Source: an uncultured bacterium
GTDB lineage: Bacteria > Babelota > Babeliae > Babelales > Babelaceae
NCBI GenBank assembly: GCA_963695365.1
Contig: OY968766.1
Location: 305,744 to 369,743, forward strand
Reading direction: 5' to 3'
DNA: 64,000 nt
In this document: positions 19,346 to 27,459 of the stretch, one piece after another
Layout of the letters: every line of letters begins with the position of its first letter
Numbering within the stretch: position 1 is the first letter of the stretch
Program-made: the position numbers and the translations under genes
The notes under the pieces: model-generated
What the model was told of the DNA's origin: nothing
The model's database searches: none
Seen by the model: the letters and a program-made list of their open reading frames with translations, nothing else

Positions 19346-20939
19346 TATTTTAGGATATATTGTTGCCGGCTCTCTCAGTGAAGGACTAACCATGCGAATT
19401 AGTCCTCATACTGACATCGAGCTACTCAAGACGGGTAAATTTGTTTCTATTCAAGGAGAACATCAACGCTTCTTTTGCCTGCTGACCGATCTAACCCTTG
19501 AAGTAACGCATCCGGACATCCTTCTCTTTCCACCCCAACAGCATGAGCATATGCTCAAAAAAGCATTGCGCACAAAAGATATTTATGCGAGTGCAACACT
19601 CCGGCCGATGCTGGTCCTTACCAATGAAGGACACCCGGCACCAGTTAAAACAATCCCGCCTCATTTTGCTCCAGTGCAAGATGCAACAAAGCAGGATATT
19701 GCGCGAATTTTTGGGAACGAGGGAGACGGCACCAAGAAATATTTCACCATCGGATCACCGCTTGATATGGATGCAGAGGTCTGTCTCGATCTTGATAAAT
19801 TAACAGAACGAAGCAATGGGATTTTTGGAAAAACTGGGACGGGAAAGACCTTTTTAACACGCCTCGTCATTGCCGGGCTCATGCATCACGATAAAGCTGT
19901 AAATATTATATTTGATATGCACAGTGAATACGGACTGCAGGCACGCAAAGAAGGGAATCAAGAATCATTTGTAAAGGGACTCAAGACCCTTTTCCCCGAA
20001 AAGGTCGTTATCTTTTCACTCGACCCCGCTTCAACGCGCCGGCGCGGCGGCAATCCAGACGTTGAACTGACGCTTTCTTACGCCTCAATCGCCATTGAAG
20101 ATATTATCTCTCTTAATGCTGAGCTCAATCTTAACGCAACAGCGTATGAAGCGGCTTATTTAATCGCCGCAAAGTACAAGAAAAACTGGCTCAAAGTATT
20201 TCTTGATCGTGGTGACTCTCTTAAAGAGTTTGCACAAGAGGTTGGAGCACATCCAGAATCGCTTGCTGCTCTGTATAGAAAGCTTAAAGCAATCGAGCGC
20301 CTTCCCTTCATCACACCAGATGCACATTCAGAAAATGACGTTATTGATCGTATGATGGAATATATCGATCGCGGCATCTCGATTATCATCGAGTTTGGCA
20401 ATTATACTTCGACGTTCTGTTATCTTCTTATTGCAAACATCATCACACGGCGCATTCACCAGCTTTACATTCAAAAAACGGAGCATTTCTTGGGAACGCA
20501 GCGCAAGGCTGATGAGCCAAAAAAACTTATGATCACCGTCGAAGAAGCGCATAAATTCCTCAATCCGCAAAGTGCTCATCAAACGATCTTTGGAACGATC
20601 GCTCGAGAAATGAGAAAATACTACGTGTCGTTACTTGTTGTCGATCAGCGCCCTTCTGGTATCGACCCAGAGGTCCTTTCTCAGATTGGTACCAAAATTG
20701 TTGCTCAGCTCAATGATGAAAAAGACATTGCCGCGGTCCTTACCGGCACCGCAAATGCTTCGCAGCTTCGTACCGTCCTTGCCGGGTTAGAAACCAAAAA
20801 GCAGGTCGTTCTGCTTGGTCATGCAACCGCGATGCCCGTCGTCATTCAAACGCGTGAATATGATGAAACCTTCTATGCCGCTGTGAAAAGACCCTTTCAA
20901 CTCAAATCCGTCGACGAGCTCGTGCAGGACCTGTTTTAG
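19338..20939 (+). CDS. HerA-like (DUF87) P-loop ATPase with N-terminal HAS-barrel-like region
   Basis: Walker A GKTGTGKTF, Walker B LMITVEEAHKF, VVDQRPSGID. The N-terminus YIVAGSLSEGLTMRIS...GKFVSIQGEHQRFFCLLTDL is barrel-like. The start overlaps atpC by 8 nt. Confidence 0.72.
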   Translation: MTNILGYIVAGSLSEGLTMRISPHTDIELLKTGKFVSIQGEHQRFFCLLTDLTLEVTHPDILLFPPQQHEHMLKKALRTKDIYASATLRPMLVLTNEGHPAPVKTIPPHFAPVQDATKQDIARIFGNEGDGTKKYFTIGSPLDMDAEVCLDLDKLTERSNGIFGKTGTGKTFLTRLVIAGLMHHDKAVNIIFDMHSEYGLQARKEGNQESFVKGLKTLFPEKVVIFSLDPASTRRRGGNPDVELTLSYASIAIEDIISLNAELNLNATAYEAAYLIAAKYKKNWLKVFLDRGDSLKEFAQEVGAHPESLAALYRKLKAIERLPFITPDAHSENDVIDRMMEYIDRGISIIIEFGNYTSTFCYLLIANIITRRIHQLYIQKTEHFLGTQRKADEPKKLMITVEEAHKFLNPQSAHQTIFGTIAREMRKYYVSLLVVDQRPSGIDPEVLSQIGTKIVAQLNDEKDIAAVLTGTANASQLRTVLAGLETKKQVVLLGHATAMPVVIQTREYDETFYAAVKRPFQLKSVDELVQDLF

Positions 20940-20994
20940 CGGAGCAAATTTAGCACATCAATCTTTCTACAGGCTTACAATAGCTATGGACCAC

Positions 20995-21022
20995 TTGCAA
21001 AGCGTTATTCGCTTGCTATAAT
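20995..21022 (+). promoter_or_regulatory. candidate sigma70 promoter for the DUF1810 gene
   Basis: TTGCAA (20995-21000), a 16-nt spacer and consensus TATAAT (21017-21022), 36 nt upstream of ATG 21058. Confidence 0.35.
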
Positions 21023-21057
21023 TGAGCATATAAAAAAATACAACCAAGGATTAAGAG

Positions 21058-21561
21058 ATGACTCAACGATTATATGTATTTCTTCCTGGTCTTGTTATTG
21101 GGATTTCATGGTCAGTCCAAGCAATTGACGATCACCACAGACTCAGTCGCTTTGTAAAGATACAAGATACCGACAATAGCTATCAGATCGCTCTTCAAGA
21201 AATACGGCAGGGCAAAAAAGAAAGCCACTGGATTTGGTATATTTTTCCACAGCACTTTAAGTTGGGCAAATCATCAATGTCAATGACGTATGGCATCAAG
21301 AGTATCGATGAAGCTCGCGCATATCTCAATCATCCCATTTTGGGTAAACGACTCATTGAATGTTGCGAAGCACTTTTGGCTCATAAGACACGAAGCGCTT
21401 GGGAAATCTTTGGCTCCATAGATTGTCAGAAGGTGAAGTCTAGCATGACACTTTTTGCTCATGTAGCTCAGGATAAAGAATCCATTTTTCATAAGATCTT
21501 AGCAAAACATTATAATGGGGATCACGATGACCTCACCCTCAATCTGCTTTCAAATAAATGA
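21058..21561 (+). CDS. DUF1810 family protein with an added N-terminal signal peptide
   Basis: SHWIWYIFPQ..LGKSSMS..YGIKSIDEARAYLNHPILGKRL...GSIDCQKVKSSMTLF is the DUF1810 pattern. The N-terminus is MTQRLYVFLPGLVIGISWSVQA. Confidence 0.78.
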   Translation: MTQRLYVFLPGLVIGISWSVQAIDDHHRLSRFVKIQDTDNSYQIALQEIRQGKKESHWIWYIFPQHFKLGKSSMSMTYGIKSIDEARAYLNHPILGKRLIECCEALLAHKTRSAWEIFGSIDCQKVKSSMTLFAHVAQDKESIFHKILAKHYNGDHDDLTLNLLSNK

Positions 21562-21713
21562 TAGAGCGATCCTCATGTTCCCAACAACACACCTCCCAGA
21601 AAATCTACCACGTAGCTTTTCTCATAAAGCCTCTTATAGGGCTCTGTTGTATTGCTGCTCTCTGGATTGGCTATACTGGCAGAAAGCCAAAAATCTAACC
21701 GCCTGAAGAGAAT

Positions 21714-22505
21714 TTAAGATACGTAGGCAGCCAATGAATGATCTTGAGATCGCAATGAGGGCCAGCAGGTAGGAAATGACGGTCCTGTATAAGAACGTCT
21801 CGCGCTCACCGAAAATGTCTCGATAAGAAAAGCTATACACTTGCGAATCTCAGATCCCTCTGAAATCAGGCGATTGGTATTGTCAAAAATATATAAGCCG
21901 CAGCCTGTGCTATTTTTGATAACGGATGCGAGAATGCCATGGCTCACACCATTCACATAAACAATACATACGATGTGCTGTATATACGGAAAGCTGGTTG
22001 AGCCGCCAAGATCGGTTTTGAGTGAATTTACATATGCTGTTTGTTGCCGCTTATATTCTTTTTCCAGCAGATGCCGAATCTCTGATTCGGGAGTTCCTGA
22101 CCTGAACGTGACATACACCTCTTTGCTGAGCAACGGGGCAACCGCCCTACGCTCATCGAGGTGAAAAATAGCTATGGAAGGGATTCCCATTTGACGTGCA
22201 AGATCTTCAATTCGCTTATTATTCAAGGCCGCTTTACGTTTTAAGCCATGTGCTGAGGTAAAATCGAAGCATGCTTGACGGAAACGAGAAAAGTCACTCA
22301 TATAGTTTGCATACCCACACCACTGCTGCACATTTGTAGCATTAAAAATGGCATTATAGCCGCAAGAGAATTCATTGAGCTGCTTAACCTTAACGTGATA
22401 GACTGCGTATGCATCAAGACTTTTAGGGACCTGAATGGTAGCGGCTATGTGAGGTTGAACGAACAGAACGGGTAAAGCGAGTACTAAAATACGATGGATC
22501 TTCAT
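21714..22505 (-). CDS. secreted hypothetical protein, possible papain-fold (C39-like) cysteine peptidase
   Basis: Start trimmed to ATG 22505 (GGAGG upstream), giving the signal peptide MKIHRILVLALPVLFVQPHIAA. Candidate catalytic layout: Q-x5-C-G (KQLNEFSCGYNAIF), then SHGILASV...LYIFDNTN (His, then Asp/Asn about 19 residues later). Confidence 0.45.
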   Translation of the reverse strand: MKIHRILVLALPVLFVQPHIAATIQVPKSLDAYAVYHVKVKQLNEFSCGYNAIFNATNVQQWCGYANYMSDFSRFRQACFDFTSAHGLKRKAALNNKRIEDLARQMGIPSIAIFHLDERRAVAPLLSKEVYVTFRSGTPESEIRHLLEKEYKRQQTAYVNSLKTDLGGSTSFPYIQHIVCIVYVNGVSHGILASVIKNSTGCGLYIFDNTNRLISEGSEIRKCIAFLIETFSVSARRSYTGPSFPTCWPSLRSQDHSLAAYVS

Positions 22506-22734
22506 ACAGGGAACCTCCACATCTCTCTGTGTGCTTGCACGCACGTTTATTTTCTCTATTACTATTTATAAGCATACTTAGTATTACACAGAAAATAATT
22601 CGCGCAACAGCCCCCAAGTTTGCGAAATTCGCCACTCTCATGTATCCTGTAAGGGTATTTTCTTGTGAGAACAACCTAAAACCGCTAATGGTTCCATTAT
22701 AACGCACGAATCCATCTATCATGAGAGGACTTCC

Positions 22735-23496
22735 ATGAAAAAAATATTTGCCACACTCTTATTTGCCCTTGTCGCCATGAGCTTCCTTTTTTGGTATCGC
22801 AAAACAACCGATGCGAAGGTTCTTGGCACTACACTAATTGTAGGAACGAGTGCGGACTTTCCACCATTTTCTTTTAGGGATAAAGATAACAATATTGTCG
22901 GTTTTGATATCGATGTGGTAAAAGAAGTTGCAAAAAGACTGGGCAAGGATGTCGATCTGCAAGATAAGCCTTTTGGAACGCTTCTACCTCAACTCGAGCT
23001 TGGCCATATTCACATGATTGCAGCTGGCATGACGCCGACTGAAGAACGAGCAAAGCGCGTTAACTTTACCAAACCATATCTTAGTGCAAATCCTCTCTTG
23101 ATCGTTACAACAGCCCATACTCCGCGAGCAACGAGCATCGAAGATCTTAAGGGGAAGGACGTGATCGTCAACACTGGTTACACAGCGGATCTTTATATGT
23201 CGAAAATACCTGACGTCAATCTCATTCGTCTATCAAAAGTGGCTGATGCACTTACGGCACTTGATCAAGGGAAAGGGTATGCATTTGTAACTGCATCGTT
23301 TACCCTTCAGCCGTATATTCAAGAAAACAAAGAGAAATACAACTATCTACGCCTTGAAGAAACCGATGAGCAAAATGCGCTTGCCCTTGCAAAACAGCTG
23401 CCAGCCGATTTTGCCGCTGAGGTGCAAAAAGCACTCGATGCTATGCAAGCAGATGGCACGCTTGATGCGCTTAAGCAAAAATGGGCCGTTGTATGA
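22735..23496 (+). CDS. amino-acid ABC transporter substrate-binding protein (family 3)
   Basis: Signal peptide. LIVGTSADFPPFSF...GFDIDVVKEVAKRLG and DMIAAGMTPTEER-type motifs. Confidence 0.88.
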   Translation: MKKIFATLLFALVAMSFLFWYRKTTDAKVLGTTLIVGTSADFPPFSFRDKDNNIVGFDIDVVKEVAKRLGKDVDLQDKPFGTLLPQLELGHIHMIAAGMTPTEERAKRVNFTKPYLSANPLLIVTTAHTPRATSIEDLKGKDVIVNTGYTADLYMSKIPDVNLIRLSKVADALTALDQGKGYAFVTASFTLQPYIQENKEKYNYLRLEETDEQNALALAKQLPADFAAEVQKALDAMQADGTLDALKQKWAVV

Positions 23497-24143
23497 TCGA
23501 CGTTGAGCTTCTAAGACAGTATTTTCCGCAGCTGCTTGAAGGAGCACAGATCACGCTCATCATTGCAGCAACATCTGCTTCGATTGGCTTTATTGGTGGC
23601 ACGATTCTTGGCATAGCACAATCAAGTGAATCAAAGCCCTTGCGTTATCTGATTACTGCTGTTGTTACGCTTATTAGAGGAACGCCTCTCTTGCTACAAA
23701 TTATGTTCTTCTATTTCATGCTTAGCCATGCAGGGATCCATATATCCGCATTGAGCACCGCCATTCTTGCTATCGGCATTAATAGCAGTGCATATATTAG
23801 TCAGATCGTACGATCAGGAATAACATCGGTATCGCACGGCCAGATAGAAGCCGCACAAACATTGGGGATTAGCGGATTCGATATTACTCGATATCTTGTA
23901 TTGCCTCAGGCATTGCGCATTGTATTACCTGCGCTTGGCAATGAATTTGTCACGCTTATTAAAGAATCAAGCCTAGCATCATCGATTGGCGTGCTTGAAC
24001 TCTATATGAGAGGACAAATTGTCATAACACAGGCGTTTAACTCACTCTCAGTATATCTAATCGTCGGTCTAATGTATTTAACAATGACATCGATTGTTTC
24101 ATTACTGGTTTTAAAACTTGAACACTCCTTGAACACTCATTAA
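23493..24143 (+). CDS. amino-acid ABC transporter permease
   Basis: Polytopic. EAAQTLGIS...LPQALRIVLPALGNEFVTLIKESSLAS is the His/Glu/Gln/Arg permease signature. ATG 23493 overlaps the upstream stop (ATGA). Confidence 0.88.
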   Translation: MIDVELLRQYFPQLLEGAQITLIIAATSASIGFIGGTILGIAQSSESKPLRYLITAVVTLIRGTPLLLQIMFFYFMLSHAGIHISALSTAILAIGINSSAYISQIVRSGITSVSHGQIEAAQTLGISGFDITRYLVLPQALRIVLPALGNEFVTLIKESSLASSIGVLELYMRGQIVITQAFNSLSVYLIVGLMYLTMTSIVSLLVLKLEHSLNTH

Positions 24144-24154
24144 CTAGAAGAACC

Positions 24155-24850
24155 ATGCTCACCATTAAAAACCTCTCAAAAACATTTCATAGACGTGTTC
24201 TTGATAGCGTGTCGCTTACAGTCAAAGAAGGAGAAATTGCCTTTTTGCTGGGCTCATCAGGTGTGGGCAAGTCGACACTCCTTCGCATTTTAAGCGGTCT
24301 TGAAAAACCTGATAGCGGTACCATTATCTACAATAATGCTCCGCTTGCCAATAAACATGGTGAAGTTGGTATGGTTTTTCAGCAGTTTAATCTGTTTGAA
24401 AATATGAGCGTTGAAGGCAATATTACCTTCGCTTTAGAAAAAGTAGCAAAAATTTCCCCAGAAGATGCAAAAAAACAGGCTCATGCGCTTCTTGAAAAGT
24501 ACGATCTTTTAGATAAAGCTCCATTATCGGTACATAAACTCTCCGGTGGCCAAAAGCAGAGATTAGCTATCGCGCGCACCATTGCCATGAGGCCGCACAT
24601 ACTGTGCCTTGATGAGCCCACATCCGCACTTGACCCCATGCTTACTAATTATGTTGCACAATCGATTCAAAATCTTGCACGAGAAAAATACGTTGTGCTC
24701 GTCGCATCCCATGATACCGCTCTTTTAAAGCAGCTTGATTGCACTATCTACCTCATGCAGAAAGGAACAATCGTCGAGACAGCCCCTTCAAAAGAGTTCT
24801 TTAAGCATGAGGATCATTTTCCGCTCATTAAAGCTTTCGTTCAGGGCTAA
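24155..24850 (+). CDS. amino-acid ABC transporter ATP-binding protein
   Basis: Walker A GSSGVGKST, signature LSGGQKQRLAIAR, Walker B LCLDEPTSALD. Confidence 0.9.
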   Translation: MLTIKNLSKTFHRRVLDSVSLTVKEGEIAFLLGSSGVGKSTLLRILSGLEKPDSGTIIYNNAPLANKHGEVGMVFQQFNLFENMSVEGNITFALEKVAKISPEDAKKQAHALLEKYDLLDKAPLSVHKLSGGQKQRLAIARTIAMRPHILCLDEPTSALDPMLTNYVAQSIQNLAREKYVVLVASHDTALLKQLDCTIYLMQKGTIVETAPSKEFFKHEDHFPLIKAFVQG

Positions 24851-24892
24851 ATTCTTTTTGATCAAAAAATTACTTGTGAAAGCAAAAAAAGT

Positions 24893-24921
24893 TTGACTTT
24901 TATAAAATCCCTTGCTAGTAT
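24893..24921 (+). promoter_or_regulatory. candidate sigma70 promoter inside the ABC-operon 3' region
   Basis: TTGACT (24893-24898), a 17-nt spacer and TAGTAT (24916-24921). It lies about 100 nt upstream of a strong intrinsic terminator. Confidence 0.35.
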
Positions 24922-24989
24922 CATGGGCACTGCAAGCAATTGCTCAAATGTCCCTAATGAGCAGTACGAAAAGTATTGTTCACCCCCCC

Positions 24990-25029
24990 AACCCTTCAGC
25001 TTACTTAAGTTGAAGGGTTCTTTTTTTTA
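24990..25029 (+). terminator. rho-independent terminator (plus strand)
   Basis: 13-bp stem AACCCTTCAGCTT / AAGTTGAAGGGTT (one G-U pair), a 4-nt loop, then C plus a run of nine T (25021-25029). The hairpin overlaps the stop codon of the convergent minus-strand gene. Confidence 0.78.
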
Positions 25030-25309
25030 ACACGATAAAATGCTCATTGCCCCGAGAGTCTTTTACCGTGACTGTATCTTCTGCAATAGCTATAACGGTG
25101 TGATTCGCTATGCCTTCTCCTTCTTTTACTGTAAAGCAACGCGCGTCAATTGCTATAAGCGCAAAGCGACTTCCGCCATGAATTGTGCCAATTGCTGCGC
25201 AGGCGTAAACATGTACACCAGGAGCAAGGGAAAATGGATCTCGTAAGCATAGGCAAGAGTTCGTAATAAAGATGAGAAAGCACGTGAGAAAAGTAACCGC
25301 TCTTTTCAT
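25001..25309 (-). CDS. small lipoprotein-like protein, PilP-like
   Basis: Signal/lipobox-like FITNSC, RDPF motif, then a beta-rich stretch (FALIAIDARCFTVKEGEGIANHTVIAIAEDTVTVKD) in the PilP/GspC-HR pattern. 4-nt overlap with the upstream gene. Confidence 0.42.
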   Translation of the reverse strand: MKRAVTFLTCFLIFITNSCLCLRDPFSLAPGVHVYACAAIGTIHGGSRFALIAIDARCFTVKEGEGIANHTVIAIAEDTVTVKDSRGNEHFIVLKKRTLQLK

Positions 25310-25881
25310 GCCTCGCTCACTGCAAGAAAAGAGAAACTACAATCGCAGATAAGATGAGCATTTTCACCGCGCTTCAGAGAGAAATATTCACAATAAGGCC
25401 GAGGCACTTGCATGTGCACAGATGCAAAGAGATCGCACACTGCATCATACGTACCTGAAAGTTGATAGCCGTATTCATATGATGCGAGCTTAAACTGCTG
25501 ATAGCTTTTTCGCTTTTGAAGTTTTTGTGAATGACATGGTATGTGCTTCTGTTTAAATAAGTCCGAGAGCAGCGCCGATCCGTCTTTCCATTGTGCCGGC
25601 AGCTTCAAGCGAGCTTGCCGGATCTCCCGCACTGCTTGGGCAAGCAATTCACTGTTGCTCGATGTATGCTTGAATCGCTTAAGCAGCGCTTCTTTTTTTC
25701 TCGTTTTGAGAGCGAGATTATGTTGTTGAATAGTAAGAAATGTGCTACAGGGCCTGTAGATTGCGTAGTTCCAAAGCAGTACGATACATAGAAGAACGCC
25801 ACTCGTACAACAGTAGCGAAAAGCAGATGAGCTCCGTAAGAAGAATTCTTTGAGCCATTGGCCCCAGACAAAGACATTCAT
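25306..25881 (-). CDS. bitopic membrane protein, PilO/PilN-like
   Basis: One TM segment (GVLLCIVLLWNYAIY), a basic coiled-coil segment, then YGYQLSGTYDAVCDLFASV...YCEYFSLKRG, resembling the PilO ferredoxin-like domain. Confidence 0.38.
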   Translation of the reverse strand: MNVFVWGQWLKEFFLRSSSAFRYCCTSGVLLCIVLLWNYAIYRPCSTFLTIQQHNLALKTRKKEALLKRFKHTSSNSELLAQAVREIRQARLKLPAQWKDGSALLSDLFKQKHIPCHSQKLQKRKSYQQFKLASYEYGYQLSGTYDAVCDLFASVHMQVPRPYCEYFSLKRGENAHLICDCSFSFLAVSEA

Positions 25882-25965
25882 AAAGAATTGCGTTGAATTA
25901 TTTTTTTTATATATAACGCAAAGTACTATAGCACAGGCGCCGCGAGAAGTCTACACATTGATGCA

Positions 25966-27177
25966 CTAAAACCCAGGTTTTGTCCATTCCATCGGATCGA
26001 CAGGAATGTTACCAATACGAAGTTCCCAATGAAGATGGTAGCCAGTAGCATAGCCTGTTTTACCAAGAGTGCCGATCGGGTTGCCCTTCTTAATCGTCTC
26101 TCCAACTTCGATGGGAGCAAAACTATCAAGATGGAAAAACATCGAAAGAATGCCGTAACCATGATCGATGACAACCGTATTACCGCTATGCGCAAACCGA
26201 GCCTTCATAACGATAACGCCATCTTGGGGAGCCCACACAACGCTTTTTGGCATTGCATAAATATCGAGCGCCTTATGTTGGCGAAGCCCACGCTCTTGCG
26301 TAGCACGAATCACCCCGAATTCACTGGTAATTTGCTTATCATCTTTAAAGTCGAGTGGCATCACAAACCGACCATGCCATAATTTCTTCTGCGGCGATTT
26401 TTTGGTCAATTCTTCGATTGCCATTTCAAACTCTTTATCGGAAGCTGCTTCATCATTTTCTTTCTTTATCTTTTCAGGCTCAAGCCGCAAGGTCTGCTTT
26501 TTAAAAGGAAAAGCCTCTACAAGGAATTTTCCGCGCAAATCGGTGGTATGTCCAACCTTATCTTTTACATCAATCATAATGAGGTGCTCTTTAGGAACTT
26601 CTTCACAATCAATAGGAATAAAGCATTCATAGATATGTTCACGATTAGATTCCGCAAAGCATGGATAGTCTTTTGCAAATACGTGAGCCGTCGCCTTATC
26701 AATCTCTTTATTCGTTCTAAATTGGACGTGCAGTGTTCTACCTTGGGGTACACGTGCATCATGCTCATTTTTTACAAAAGCTGCCTGTAACGGTTGATTG
26801 TCTACATAAAAGGGCAGCTCCATACGAGCCTTTTTACCTTGCTGCGCAGCACCGGCGATTTCGACGACAAGATCATGTTTCCCATCGGGCAATGTGGCCG
26901 TATCGATCGTCACAGAGCGCTCAAATGACTTCTTGCCGATTTTTTCGTCAACAATACTTTTCCGGTCAAGATTCACCAACAAACGAGCAACTTTATAATC
27001 ATCAGCCCCCTTAATACGAATGGTTGCCTTTCCGGCATAGCCCTTTGTCTCATCAAAATCAAGCATTTCGATCTTTGGCGTCGTATCTACCTTGTAATAG
27101 CGATAAAATCCAACACCAACATACGATCCTACGCCGACAATTACTGCAAAAATGAGAAGCTTGGAATACGAAAACAT
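25966..27177 (-). CDS. M23 family metallopeptidase (peptidoglycan DD-endopeptidase type) with N-terminal TM anchor and Ig-like region
   Basis: HKALDIYA ... HSGNTVVIDHGYGILSMFFHL ... GKTGYATGYHLHWELRIGNIPVDP. Confidence 0.9.
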   Translation of the reverse strand: MFSYSKLLIFAVIVGVGSYVGVGFYRYYKVDTTPKIEMLDFDETKGYAGKATIRIKGADDYKVARLLVNLDRKSIVDEKIGKKSFERSVTIDTATLPDGKHDLVVEIAGAAQQGKKARMELPFYVDNQPLQAAFVKNEHDARVPQGRTLHVQFRTNKEIDKATAHVFAKDYPCFAESNREHIYECFIPIDCEEVPKEHLIMIDVKDKVGHTTDLRGKFLVEAFPFKKQTLRLEPEKIKKENDEAASDKEFEMAIEELTKKSPQKKLWHGRFVMPLDFKDDKQITSEFGVIRATQERGLRQHKALDIYAMPKSVVWAPQDGVIVMKARFAHSGNTVVIDHGYGILSMFFHLDSFAPIEVGETIKKGNPIGTLGKTGYATGYHLHWELRIGNIPVDPMEWTKPGF

Positions 27178-27295
27178 AGATACCTCGGGTGATATGAAGA
27201 TTATGTATAGTAACTATACCCTGAATTTTGCAATTTCGCAACTGCTGTAATAAATATTAAATATACAAATGGACATTCTTGTGCTATACTTACTA

Positions 27296-27456
27296 CGCTC
27301 TAAGGCGCATAGGGGCGCCAGCCCCCCATTACCGCCGTCCCTCGGTACAATCTGCTCGGCATATAGGCCTCGCAGATCACTCCAGCCGTCGCCTTACGGC
27401 TATGGCGGACAGGTCGAGATGAGCGGTCCACAGGCAGCCGTAGACTCCACGAGGCA
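27296..27456. repeat. GC-rich mosaic intergenic repeat, copy C
   Basis: CCCTCGGTACAATC..GGCCTCGCAGATCACTCCAGCCGTC (27339-27390), GGCTATGGCGG (27398-27408) and GACAGGTCGAGATGAGCGG (27408-27426). It ends 4 nt before the uvrC ATG. Confidence 0.82.
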
Positions 27457-27459
27457 CGT

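Noticed and set aside
22545-22734. The 190-nt leader upstream of the amino-acid ABC operon as a riboswitch
   Set aside because: I could not recognise any known riboswitch core or an obvious terminator/antiterminator pair by eye. An Infernal scan would be needed.
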